A stretch of DNA of 63,222 nucleotides, the filler included, from Reticulomyxa filosa (lineage: Eukaryota; Protista; Foraminifera), in assembly GCA_000512085.1 (NCBI GenBank). It is 19 parts of 19 records of this genome, joined end to end, with 100 filler letters (N's around TTAATTAATTAA, not from the genome) between each part and the next. Parts side by side here need not be neighbours in the genome. Positions count along the whole stretch, not along the records: positions 52,389 to 53,412 come from ASPP01005279.1; positions 53,513 to 54,626 come from ASPP01035587.1; positions 54,727 to 56,748 come from ASPP01021477.1; positions 56,849 to 59,980 come from ASPP01022921.1; positions 60,081 to 61,832 come from ASPP01020746.1; positions 61,933 to 63,222 come from ASPP01025958.1; 13 more parts are not named here. One strand, 5' to 3'. A program made the position numbers and the translations under genes. The notes beneath the pieces were generated by a model. That model saw nothing but the letters and a program-made list of their open reading frames with translations, was not told the origin of the DNA and did no database searches. Within the stretch, counting starts at the first letter, position 1; every line of letters starts with the position of its first letter. This document shows, piece after piece, positions 52,289 to 63,222 of this stretch.

Positions 52289-55023
52289 NNNNNNNNNNNN
52301 NNNNNNNNNNNNNNNNNNNNNNNNNNNNNNNNTTAATTAATTAANNNNNNNNNNNNNNNNNNNNNNNNNNNNNNNNNNNNNNNNNNNNAAAAAAAAAAAA
52401 AAAAAAAAAAAAAAAGATCGTCTGCCGACTTTACTGCTCTTCAAATTCGCGAGTGGCGGATTTGCGCACCCTTCGACATGGACGAATTTCATATAGTGTG
52501 CCCCCCCCTCCCCCAATGGAGGCTGTGGCAATATCAAGCGCACAGTGCCAATGGTGAGACAATGACGACACTCAGTCCATGTTTTTTTTTTATTACATTA
52601 GGCAATTGTTTCAAGACATTGGACTGGTGTTGTGTATACCAATTATTTGGGTACCCGCTGCTTTATTCCAGCAACTGTTGCCTTTTATGACAGATGACGC
52701 AGCACCAAATCAAAGTGTCTTGACAGTCGATAATTGGATCGACGATTCAAACGTCGTGCAAATTATTTGGCGAATCAAGGCAAATGCTTAGATATTGGCA
52801 ATGTGTGTTAGTGGCGATGGGCCCCCCTTTCTCTCTCTCTATCTCTCTCAAAAATGTCGCCATGGTCACGAAATTGTTCGGTTACCAAAAACCGAATCAC
52901 TCAGATTCGAAAAGTGAAATGGTCTGCCATTGACAAGACCGCCAATTAAAAAAATGGTAGCTCTAGAGGACGAGAGCATTTCAATGATACCAGCTTCCTC
53001 CAAGTCCGTTCAGTCGCTCAAAATAACGGAATACTTGATGGAGGCATTGTCGTTGAAATCAAAGTGCGCATTTGAACACAAGAATCCAAGAGTTGCTGTT
53101 ATTCTGTTTGTTATTTGTGCGCCTGTCCTCTTTCATGTTACCTGATGTTATAATTGCGATTGAAGCCATTGCTTGAAAAAGTTTTTTTTTATTTTTATGT
53201 ACATATTCGACATAATATCTTTATACGTATATTTGATTATATATTTATTTGTATGTTTTGCTTGAAATGTTTTAAAGGTATGCAAATGGACGTATACTAC
53301 ATGAAGTTTGGATTGCAGATGGACAAATTGTTGCTGCTTGTATTCCTATTGATGCTGCAGTGAGTCTCCAGCAATAATAGCAACGGCAACAGTAGCAGCA
53401 GTATCGATTATTNNNNNNNNNNNNNNNNNNNNNNNNNNNNNNNNNNNNNNNNNNNNTTAATTAATTAANNNNNNNNNNNNNNNNNNNNNNNNNNNNNNNN
53501 NNNNNNNNNNNNTCACTCCAAATACAAAAAAAAAAATGGGGTCGAAGACCACCTGGCATATAATAAAAAAAAACACGGTATGTTGTGTTTATATTTATAT
53601 TTTTCTTTTTTTAAAATAATGTGATTGTGTGTGCAATAAATAGGAATTCCCCCGCACAAAGAAAAAAAATTGTATTTGTATTTTATTTGCCCCCTACCTA
53701 TATACATAACAAAAAAAAAGTTTTAGTGTTAATAGGAATTGAAATGTGAGCTTGAACTCAATCGCAAAGTTATGTAAATTATTTTCATTGATCTTAAAAA
53801 TTTTTTAAAAGTTTTTTTGTGTGTTTGTATAGGTTAACAAGACGCAAATGTTTTTTTATGAGAAGAAATTGGAGAAGTGGGTGAGGGAAAAAACAGTGGC
53901 AATATGGGTAAAAATAGTAAGAAAATAAAAAATAAAAAAGGGAGTAGTGGGGGAAAAGTATGAAGAAAAAAGATGGAAGAAAAAAGAGGGGAGAAAAAAG
54001 AGAAATATGAAAAAATTATTATTATTATTATAAAAGAAAAAAAAAGGGATTGAATAAAAAGAAGAAAATGATAATGAAAAAAAGGTTGCTAAAAAAGAAA
54101 AAGAAAAGATAAAAGAAAAAGATAAAAAAAAGAATAAGATAGAATGATAAAAAAGAAAAGAAAAAAAATAAGAGTTATTTTTTAATTTTTAAGTATTGGA
54201 GCAATGACTCCAAAAATATCTAAATAAAAAGTTAAGTAAAATAGATAATTTTTTTTTTTTTTCATATTGAATTGTTTAAAATGAAAAAATAGAACTGGAA
54301 AGCAATGGAAGCGGTGAATCGTCGACAGCAAGTTCAGTATTAAAAAAAATCATTGCACATTATACGTTCTTATCACTTTCCATGCTAGCAATGTGTGTTT
54401 TACCTTTTTTTTTATAACAATAAATAAATATTTTTTTTACATATAAAGAACTTCGCATATCAAGAAAGCTCGATGGATCTGCCTTGCAATGCAGTCAAAG
54501 ATATTTGATGCAAAAAGCCATTTGTCGTGGACTAGGTTTCGAAAACCTATTTACATTTGATAACAGCTTCTAGCTGTATCTGCGCCAGCCGATCTACGCT
54601 TCAGCACGCCATATAAGCCGCAGCCANNNNNNNNNNNNNNNNNNNNNNNNNNNNNNNNNNNNNNNNNNNNTTAATTAATTAANNNNNNNNNNNNNNNNNN
54701 NNNNNNNNNNNNNNNNNNNNNNNNNNCGTTTAATTGATGTTTGTTTTTGAAATAAATAAATAAAAATAGACTGCAATATATCGACTCAAATGGTTGTATC
54801 GTCTACGTATCGCTGCAGCAAGGTACCCCAATGCTCTTTTCTCCCCTTTTTAAATGTTCCATTGTGTCCTCTTTTTTGTCATTGTTTATATTACAAAAAT
54901 ATAGCTATTTATTAATCATTCGTGTCCAGTGCAATACTGTCCAATCCGCGCCCTCATTAACTTAAATTACCACGTTCCAGCTCCATTATAATTTTTTACA
55001 AATTATCAATGCCATCACCTGTT

Positions 55024-55340
55024 CCAACTCAACTCAACATACTAAACGCAATGCAATCGAACACAACTCAAGACAATACATTACACCCTACTCACTCCAA
55101 CTACTCTTAACACAATTCAACTTAATCCAACACATGACACCTCAACACAATCTAGTCTAACTCAAACAAACTATACCCAATATACTCCAATGCAACCCAA
55201 CTAACTCCATATCAATCTAATCCAACCCAACTAAACCCAACGCAATCCAATCCATTACATTCCGACCCAACTTAACATAACGTGATCCAACGCAGTCCAA
55301 CTAAATTCGACTCAATGCAAGTCGATTTAATCCAAATCGC
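55024..55340. repeat. Degenerate 5-bp-period tandem array (ACTCA/ATCCA/ACCCA/ACGCA variants)
   Basis: About 60 pentamers, e.g. atcta atcca accca actaa accca acgca atcca atcca ttaca. G-poor on the + strand. Confidence 0.8.
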
Positions 55341-55748
55341 TTTACCAAATCCAATGCTCTCCACAAATGTTCGTCATATAATTGGTCCCCAGCTAGTGAC
55401 GTTTGCAATATCCGTGTGGCTATGCTCCAAATGACTCCAATCTTTTGTACTTTGGATATTGCCAGCTGGAAACAATGTGGTGCTCCATTTTTTGATTGTC
55501 ATGTGGCTCTTTCTTCGAATTGTCAATGTGCATCAATCCAAAATATCTTTGTATGTCTATATAAACAATACAACAATTATGTTCATGTGTTGTCAACTCT
55601 TTTTCTTTTATTATTACAAACAAAAACTATAAATATAGATTACATTGCATTCGTTGGAGCACCACCATTCACTTATTTATCAATCAATTACAAATTATTC
55701 ACAATTTATTTATATACTAATCCACTCGCCAAATGTCCAGTTGCAATG

Positions 55749-56719
55749 TTACTCAACGCTATTCCATCCAGCACCAAATTCATCTCGTAATAGCGTTGAG
55801 AGCATCTTGTCCGTCTTTCTCTTCATTCTCTTTTCTTCGCGCTCCATATCCTCGATTGTATCAGGACCTAATTCGAAATCATTTCTTTTCATCTCCATGT
55901 ATTCCTCGTAGGTCCTATGTTGCCATTTGTTTATTTATACATACACATACATACAATTGTTTGTTTATCTTAAAATGTGAATATAAATGTACAAATATGA
56001 TATTGCATACCTGATAGATTTCCCATCGAGTGCTGCTTTTGAGCACAGCCACTCAAACGATTGGAGTCCATCCAATATTGTCTGGACGTTTTCTGTTGCT
56101 GCCAACGTCGTCAGCAGTACTGGCAGCAATTGTTTGAGCTAAGTATTCATTTTTTTTATTTGTTTGTTTGTAAAATCAAAATAAATAACATAAAAAGAAA
56201 TATAAAGTATTTTTTTATTTAAAACTAAACTTGTTGATCATCAGCAGCTCCTTTGAACTTGCCGATTGGCACAGCATTATTGAACTGGCCAGCATACGAA
56301 CTCGGCATATCATCGACTATGATGACCTTTTCCAATGGCTTGCCAAGTCGTCCCAGGTCCTAAACAAGCAACATTTACACATTCACAAAAATACAATACA
56401 ATCAATTATTGAAATTATTCAAATATAAACATAATTGGATATAATATTGAATATAGGCAATCAACAAAACTTTAATATATTTGCCGTCACCGAACTTGGT
56501 GAGGCTATCACCAAATAGTCGATGCGCAATGACGCAATCGACATCAATTTTATCCAACACGTAGTTGGCATACGGCGCCCCAGAGGCAGTAAATACGACG
56601 ATATCGTATTTTTTACTGCACTCTGACAGGAAGCGGCGCAGGAATGGACGAACTTTTACTTTCGTCTTCACACGACCTGACTTGCTCATCCCATCAATCA
56701 CAAAGTCAGGATTTTTCAT
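55749..56719 (-). CDS. FCP1/SCP-like (NIF domain) HAD phosphatase (5' partial, multi-exon)
   Basis: VKVRPFLRRFL..YDIVVFTASGAPYANYVLDKID..HRLFGDSL..YIK|DLGRLGKPLEKVIIVDDMPSSY. The DxDxT motif lies beyond the contig edge. Confidence 0.88.
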
Positions 56720-56848
56720 TTCCTATTTTGTTTATTGTGTATGTTTGTNNNNNNNNNNNNNNNNNNNNNNNNNNNNNNNNNNNNNNNNNNNNTTAATTAA
56801 TTAANNNNNNNNNNNNNNNNNNNNNNNNNNNNNNNNNNNNNNNNNNNN

Positions 56849-58549
56849 AAATGGAAATTGCAAAGTCGAGTATAAGCGTGTGGTAAATGAAAAAAAGATT
56901 TTTAATCCAAAGACTGTTGGAGCCAAATCTTTTGAATATGATTCACACATTGCTGCGAATGGTAAGAAACATAACTGTAGTCAACTGTTGCCTAAATATA
57001 AAAAGATGCACGAAGGACGACACAAATGCACGGAAAATGTGCATAGTTGTCAAATTACTTGTCGAGCTTGTGGCTATTATTGCATCAAGCCATTTGGACA
57101 CAGTGACAAACATAAAACAGAACATGGAAATATGTTGTACTCCACATTCATTGTTGAAAACAATGAGTCTGTCGAATTCAAAGTGCAAACAAAGAAGACT
57201 GTCAGGGACTCCACCACATCAACTGAAAAAGAAGTAATCGAAGACACTGTTCGTGTGTATACCACTGGAGACACTGCAGAGGCTGAAATTTGTGATTTTT
57301 TTTGCGAGAAAATGGGAAGAGGTCATTTCCATTTGATCGAATGCGAAAAACATGGAGATGAAAGCTGCGATGTTATGGAGACAATTAACAATGAAACTTA
57401 CTATGTACGAAGACATGCAAATCCTGATGAATGCGGAGGAAGAAATGATTTGGATAAAGTTACTCATAAATATTATTGGGAGAAGTATCTGAAATTTGAG
57501 GATGCTTGTAATTCTTCATCTCAAAAACAATTTGAGAGATGTGACCATTTTTGTTCTCATCCAGATCATGAAAAAACCAAAGATAATTGTGGTGAAGCTA
57601 ATAAATCTTATTGCATAGAAAGATTATGGCATGCTCTTGTGACAGAAGAAAAGAGTGATTTCATTGACCTTACTGTTATGGACGGTCATGTCTTCCCCTG
57701 TTCTCATCCTTCTGGAAAGTACCACGTGTTACGCATATAATTACGTGTGTTGTGTGCATTTGTTGGGATCAAAATTCTTAAAAAAGTAATTTTATGTATT
57801 TGTTAAAAAAAAAAAGTGTATTCGCCATTGATGTCAGTAGCAGCATGTCTTCGACAGATATAAAGCCTACAAGAGAGATAACAAAAACCTATTCGTCCCC
57901 TACGAACTGTGATGGTCTTAAGAATCGATTAGGTGCAGCATATGACGCAAGTTGAGACGTGTTTGAAAAAAACGAAACATTTAATCACATTCACAACTCA
58001 GTTTTTGGAAATAAACAAAAAAAATTAATTGTGGTTGTTCGAAACGTGATATCTACAATACTTGGAATAGTTCACTCGTTTATTCAACAACGATGCAACA
58101 CAGGATGCAAAGATAAAGGAACGATTATTTTGTTTGATCGTGAAGCCAGGATTATCGAAGAAGACATAGAATTTAATCTTGATACGGTAAAAAAGCTTCT
58201 CTACCCAGTTAGTGTATTCAAAAAGGGTACGTCGTTTATTGAGGCTTTTAAATGCATTCACGGGGTCGTGCAACGGAACAACTCAAAGTCCATTGTCCTT
58301 ATTTTTTTGACTGATGGTGAAGACGGAGATAATGGAGCTTCTAAACTCTTGGTAGAAATCAAAGCATTTTGTTTCAATGGATTTCATTTCTTCCCTTGTA
58401 TTCTCAGCAAACGTAGCAGCTCTACTTTGAATAAGATGGCAAGCACAGTTGACGCAACAGTAAAAGGAAATTTAAATGCAAATAGTTTGGAAACTCATTT
58501 TGTTGGAATTGCAAAGAAAATTACTAATATTTCATATATTCAAGACTAA
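56849..58549 (+). CDS. Cys/His-rich region + C-terminal von Willebrand A domain protein (5' partial, multi-exon)
   Basis: CGYYCIKPFGH..HKTEHGNM, CDFFCEKMGRGHFHLIEC, DKVTHKYYW, CDHFCSHPDH, DGHVFPC. vWA MIDAS HV|VFAIDVSSSMS..GTSF..LIFLTDGED. Confidence 0.8.
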
Positions 58550-59277
58550 AAGACTTGTATTGATCAAATTGTTTTTGTCTTGTGATTGTTGATAAATGTT
58601 GTTGTTGTCATTATCTCTATTAGACAACATAAGCTAAATGTTTCTTTCATGTAGAAAAGATAACATAAAAAAAGATACTGTTTTGATAAGTTCAGCAAAC
58701 ATGGTGATGAAGATAATTTGATTTTTCTTGTCTTCTAAGGCAAGGAAAAAAGAAAATTGCCATTGGGATATTTTAATATAAGAACATAAAACCAAGAAAG
58801 TGGTTCATATCTTATACTACTTGTGATTTCCACATTAAAAAGATCAAAAATCAAGTTATCTTCGTCATCATCTTTGTCGGCCATCACGCGAAATTGTTCC
58901 AAAAAATTGAAAAAGAAATTTAAGATTACTGAAACAATCAAGATTGTCTGTAATTTTCCAAAAATTGAATAGAAACCCAAGGTCCTCTTGTTCAGTACTA
59001 CGGATACAACGTGGCTTTTGCTTTAATAATTGAAAAGACAAATTGTAGTTCACAAACTGAGAGTTAAATTCCAATAATTAATTTATACAATAAAAAATTT
59101 GCATTCAAGTACGGTATAATTTTGGAATGTAGTTATATTAAAATTACCTTTATCAAACCGATATTATTCCATTTATAAAAGTCAAAAAATAACTTATCAC
59201 TGAAGTCCGCTGTTTGCAAGTGAACGTATGTTGTGGGGGACTAATCTGATTTGTTTTTGTAAGCGGATTATATTAGT

Positions 59278-59770
59278 TTGGAAGATATTGCAGCACAATT
59301 AGCCTTAGTTTTGGGTGATCTGCATGTGCCAACAAGAGCAAGAGATTTATCAGAACACTTTAAAAATTTGTTGTTAAGATGACGAAAAAAAAACAAAGAA
59401 ATATTGTATTGTAGTTGAAAAAGATGAAACAATAAAACATAAAGGTACCTGGCAAAATCCATCATGTATTGGCCACTGGAAATGTTGGAAGTAAACAAAT
59501 ACGAGAGTATTTGACAATAACAGCTCCGAGTTGTCATCAAGTGATAGATTATTTTGATAAAGGATCCAAATTTACCATTACAAATTGGTAATTTTAAAAT
59601 TAGTATCATCCATGGACATCAAGTATTTTTTTAAATCCAAAATGTTAATATATCTGTTGTATTGCATAAACAAATAACAAATAATAATCCAATAATAACA
59701 ATAAAAAAAGGCTGTTCCTTGGGTGACACTGAATCTTTATCTGCCATTCAACGCCAATTAGATGATAATC
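59278..59770 (+). pseudogene. VPS29: VPS29 (retromer) pseudogene
   Basis: LALVLGDLHVPTRA..FKNLL|VPGKIHHVLATGNV..QIGNFKISIIHGHQ|AVPW(G)DTESLSAIQRQLD. Two or more frameshifts, an internal deletion, and loss of SGHTH and the C-terminal half. Absent from the ORF track. Confidence 0.85.
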
Positions 59771-60080
59771 TTTTCTCAAACTTTACAGTGGCATTGGCAA
59801 TGTAGTGGAGCAATTTCGAATAAAATTTCATATTTAGTTTAGCAATATCCTGCATTACGTCTGTCTGTTGTGATGCGTTTTTTACGTATATACTTTTTCC
59901 TTTAATGTACCAAAAAAAAAAAGGGGAACGCAAAACATGCTTTTTTTTTTATTTGAAAAAAACCTAGTACTTTACATCTCNNNNNNNNNNNNNNNNNNNN
60001 NNNNNNNNNNNNNNNNNNNNNNNNTTAATTAATTAANNNNNNNNNNNNNNNNNNNNNNNNNNNNNNNNNNNNNNNNNNNN

Positions 60081-61314
60081 TATAAATATTGATTTTTTTT
60101 CACTCCATCATCGATCCAATTATACAAAAATAAGCAATTATTTATAACAATGACGAATGCAACAGCCAAAAATGAGCCAAAGTTTTTTCCACTCAAATAA
60201 TAGTTACAATAACAAGTACATTCGATTGACTTGTTAAAACCATAATCACTTTTATCCCAATTACTTAAATCCAATTCCTCTTGCAAAAATAGCCCAGCAA
60301 ATAAAAATATCCACGCACAAATACTGACAAAGCTACGTAAACAAGCAGTTGCCCATGCACTAATAGTGCAAAGAAATCCATTATTATCACAAACACAGCA
60401 AAGATAACTACGTATATTTTTCTTGATACTCCACAAAATACTAATTATTGAGAACAAAATACAATAGCCAATCCATAGCATTTGGAGCAAAAAAAAAAAT
60501 AAATAACAACAGCAACAATGATATAAATTACAATAATAAGAATAACAGCAACTAATAAAATATAGCAGTAAATCGGGCAGCAAATACAGTGGTAAATCCA
60601 GTGGCACTTATAGTTGTAATGACGTTTAAATAAATCAACTATAAAATCAACTTTGTCGAAAATTTTAGCACAATCCACATAATCTGCTAAAGAACAGAGC
60701 CAGTTATGACAAGGATAATACCCTTGTTTGATAACTCTATTCATTGTAAAATCAGCCATTCCATTGGAATACAATAATGAACAGTCATGAATCATAATGA
60801 ATAGACTATATAATCCTGTACATAAAAAAAGAATGACTGCTATTGAATTGATTGGTTCAAACTTAAACAGTGTTCTATTATGAAGATGTAATTGAGCTGA
60901 ATAATGGCAATTCCATGACGTATACATCCATGGCTCCACTTTTTCAGAAATTGAACTGTTTGAATCATTGTAATAGGATATGTTATTTGCCAATAATGAC
61001 ATTTCACGTGCCATTCTATTGCAATATCCGTTCTTCTCACCAATACATGATATACCGTCATATGTATGCAGTGATTCTTTTTTTGTTACGCGCAGTCGTT
61101 CCACGCTGGACAAGAATGTATAAACTGCTGAAATTGATGCTGCCAATAAAAATGCTAGAAAAACAAGGAAAAGATATGATTTCCATCGATTTTGTAAATC
61201 TGCACAACAATGTCCATCTTGTTTTAGGATCACATACTCTGATATTTTGTTACGCTGAACTTTAATATCTGTTTGTTCAACTTGTAAAAGCTGCTCATTG
61301 TTTGCTTCTAGCAT
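60081..61314 (-). CDS. Multi-pass membrane protein, unknown family (3' partial)
   Basis: Two overlapping hydrophobic ORFs that join through a frame change at the homopolymer near 60489-60499. Confidence 0.55.
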
Positions 61315-63129
61315 TTGTTTTTATTTGTCAGCAAGTTTGAATGAGATAAAAATTGATAAAGGAGCAGTTTTGTAAATTAAGTGTAAAATATACTCAAAGT
61401 TACTCCACTTTTGTAAGAAAACTGTTGAAAAAATCTTTTTCGCAAAAAAAAAAAACTACAGGAAAAAAACGTCAACTCTATTTCTAAAAATTTACACAAA
61501 CTAAAGAAAATCCGATCAAAATTGTAATAACTTTAAATATCGACAGAAAAGGGTAAGATTTGTGAAAATGAACAAGCAGAGAATAGAAACATTAGATGTT
61601 CAAAACATATAATTTGTAAATTTTTAAATTTGAAATATTTGCTTATTTGCCTTCTTTTCACTTCAAGAAAAATCTCTACTGCAACGACATAATTAGTAAC
61701 CATTCATTTTTTTGGTACAAATTTTGAATTTATATTGACGTTATAGTAACTCCATATCTGGAGTGGGCGCAAGTGAAATAAAATTGAATGCATGATTGCG
61801 TTTGTATAACCTTTTGGAGAGTTTTTGCACAANNNNNNNNNNNNNNNNNNNNNNNNNNNNNNNNNNNNNNNNNNNNTTAATTAATTAANNNNNNNNNNNN
61901 NNNNNNNNNNNNNNNNNNNNNNNNNNNNNNNNAAACATGTTTTAGTAGAATTTTATACTCCATGATACGAATATTGTAAAGTAATGCAATTATTACAATT
62001 TGAAAAAGAGGGGGAATATATACACTTTTAGTAAAAAATTGACATTTCAAGAGAATAATGATCTCTCAACAAAATATTCTTCTATTCACAATTTGTGAAC
62101 AATCCAAATGAAGATTTGGAAAAAAGTAGAATAATATATTGGAGGACGTACCACAAAATATGAGTTATCAATTTAAAAAATAAATGTTCCAACTATATCA
62201 TTGATAATCGAATATCTTTGTTTCACATTGTTACAAAAATACTCTAACAAATGGATTTTTTATGAATAAAAATATTTTTAAAATTTTTATACGTGTACAA
62301 AAAAATATTATTATCTAAACTCCATGATTTTTTTAAAATCATAACTGTTACTCTTTATGGATTCACAATCATGTAATCAATAAATAAATCAACAAGACAA
62401 TAAATAATATCTAACTTGCAAAATTTGGTTATTCGATTGAAATATCAATTTATTAGGACTCTAAAAAAAAAATAAAGATAACTACATACTGAATGCAGTA
62501 ATTTGACCTAGTTTTATTTTGTTTCAGGATTGAAAAAAAATGATAATTTTATCAATTTTATTCTTTAACAAAAAGTTTCAAATTGCATTGAAAAAATGAT
62601 TAAATTGATAACATGAAATGTTTCATCACAAAAAAAAAAATAAATTGTTATTTGATTTATAAACATCAAAAACTTCAGAAACACCATCAGGAACATTATA
62701 CATAATCAGAGTAATAATATACTCAACATTACCTCAATCTTTTTTTTAAAAAAAACTCATTTAATTCATATCTATATTTTATTTTAAACAGATATGTAAC
62801 AAAAATATATTTATGTATACATATTTGTTTTTCTTTAAAAAAAAAAACAATCACTAGATCCAAATGCTAAAATAAATAATAGATAATAAGAACCTGATTG
62901 CAATTATCTAAAAATTGCTGCAAGTCGTTGTTGCTGTTGCATCCATTGTCTTTGTTATCATTGATGTCGATGATGTTGAATGCCATTGAATGAAAAAAAA
63001 AATAAATTAATAAAAAAGAAGATTGTTGAGGAGGAGGTGAGAAAGAAAGGAGAAGTGATGTTGGAGATGCAAAGATGTGCTCACAAATCATTATGTGTCT
63101 CCGGCCATTGAGGAGAAAAAATAACGCTG

Positions 63130-63201
63130 TGAGAGGTAGTGCAAACCACTACGAGTCTCCAGCAATTGATGAGAGGTAGTGCAAACCACTACAAGTCTCC
63201 A
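63130..63201. repeat. Two-copy direct repeat (32-bp unit, 40-bp period) with internal hairpin
   Basis: TGAGAGGTAGTGCAAACCACTAC(G/A)AGTCTCCA at 63130 and 63170. Confidence 0.85.
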
Positions 63202-63222
63202 ATTCATTAATGAAAAAAAAAA

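Noticed and set aside
53513-54300. Purine-rich AT tract (and the similar T-rich tract at 37140-37587) as a mobile element
   Set aside because: Low complexity, with no terminal repeats, target-site duplications or transposase/RT motifs visible.
63130-63201. CRISPR array
   Set aside because: Only two copies with an 8-nt spacer, no cas genes, and eukaryotic context.

Overview
This window is not one locus. It is 19 unrelated assembly contigs joined by 18 artificial 100-bp linkers (44 N + TTAATTAATTAA + 44 N). Eighteen contigs are AT-rich, intron-containing eukaryotic DNA. The polyubiquitin has a single Ala inserted between monomers, which points to Rhizaria, most likely a foraminiferan such as Reticulomyxa (inference). 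One contig (41698-43475) is GC-rich bacterial DNA carrying purK-purC. Recognisable eukaryotic genes: PRKRIP1, APC5, a RasGEF, a kelch-type propeller, LSM12, an ankyrin protein with signal peptide and HDEL, a DNAH6-like dynein tail, PIG-Y, an RNF213-like E3 fragment, LYRM5, a small GTPase, NELF-C/D, a GH53 galactanase, penta-ubiquitin, an FCP1/NIF phosphatase, a Cys/His-rich vWA protein and a VPS29 pseudogene. The most unusual items only appear after manual splicing: (1) a FYVE / Arg-less SH2 / SH3 / villin-headpiece adaptor, (2) an FtsX-type permease with kringle and SUEL-lectin domains in its extracellular region, and (3) a dynein heavy-chain gene that stops before the motor. All family assignments come from remembered motifs, not searches. 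Several frameshifts sit in homopolymers and may be sequencing errors. No multi-gene system can be inferred across linkers.
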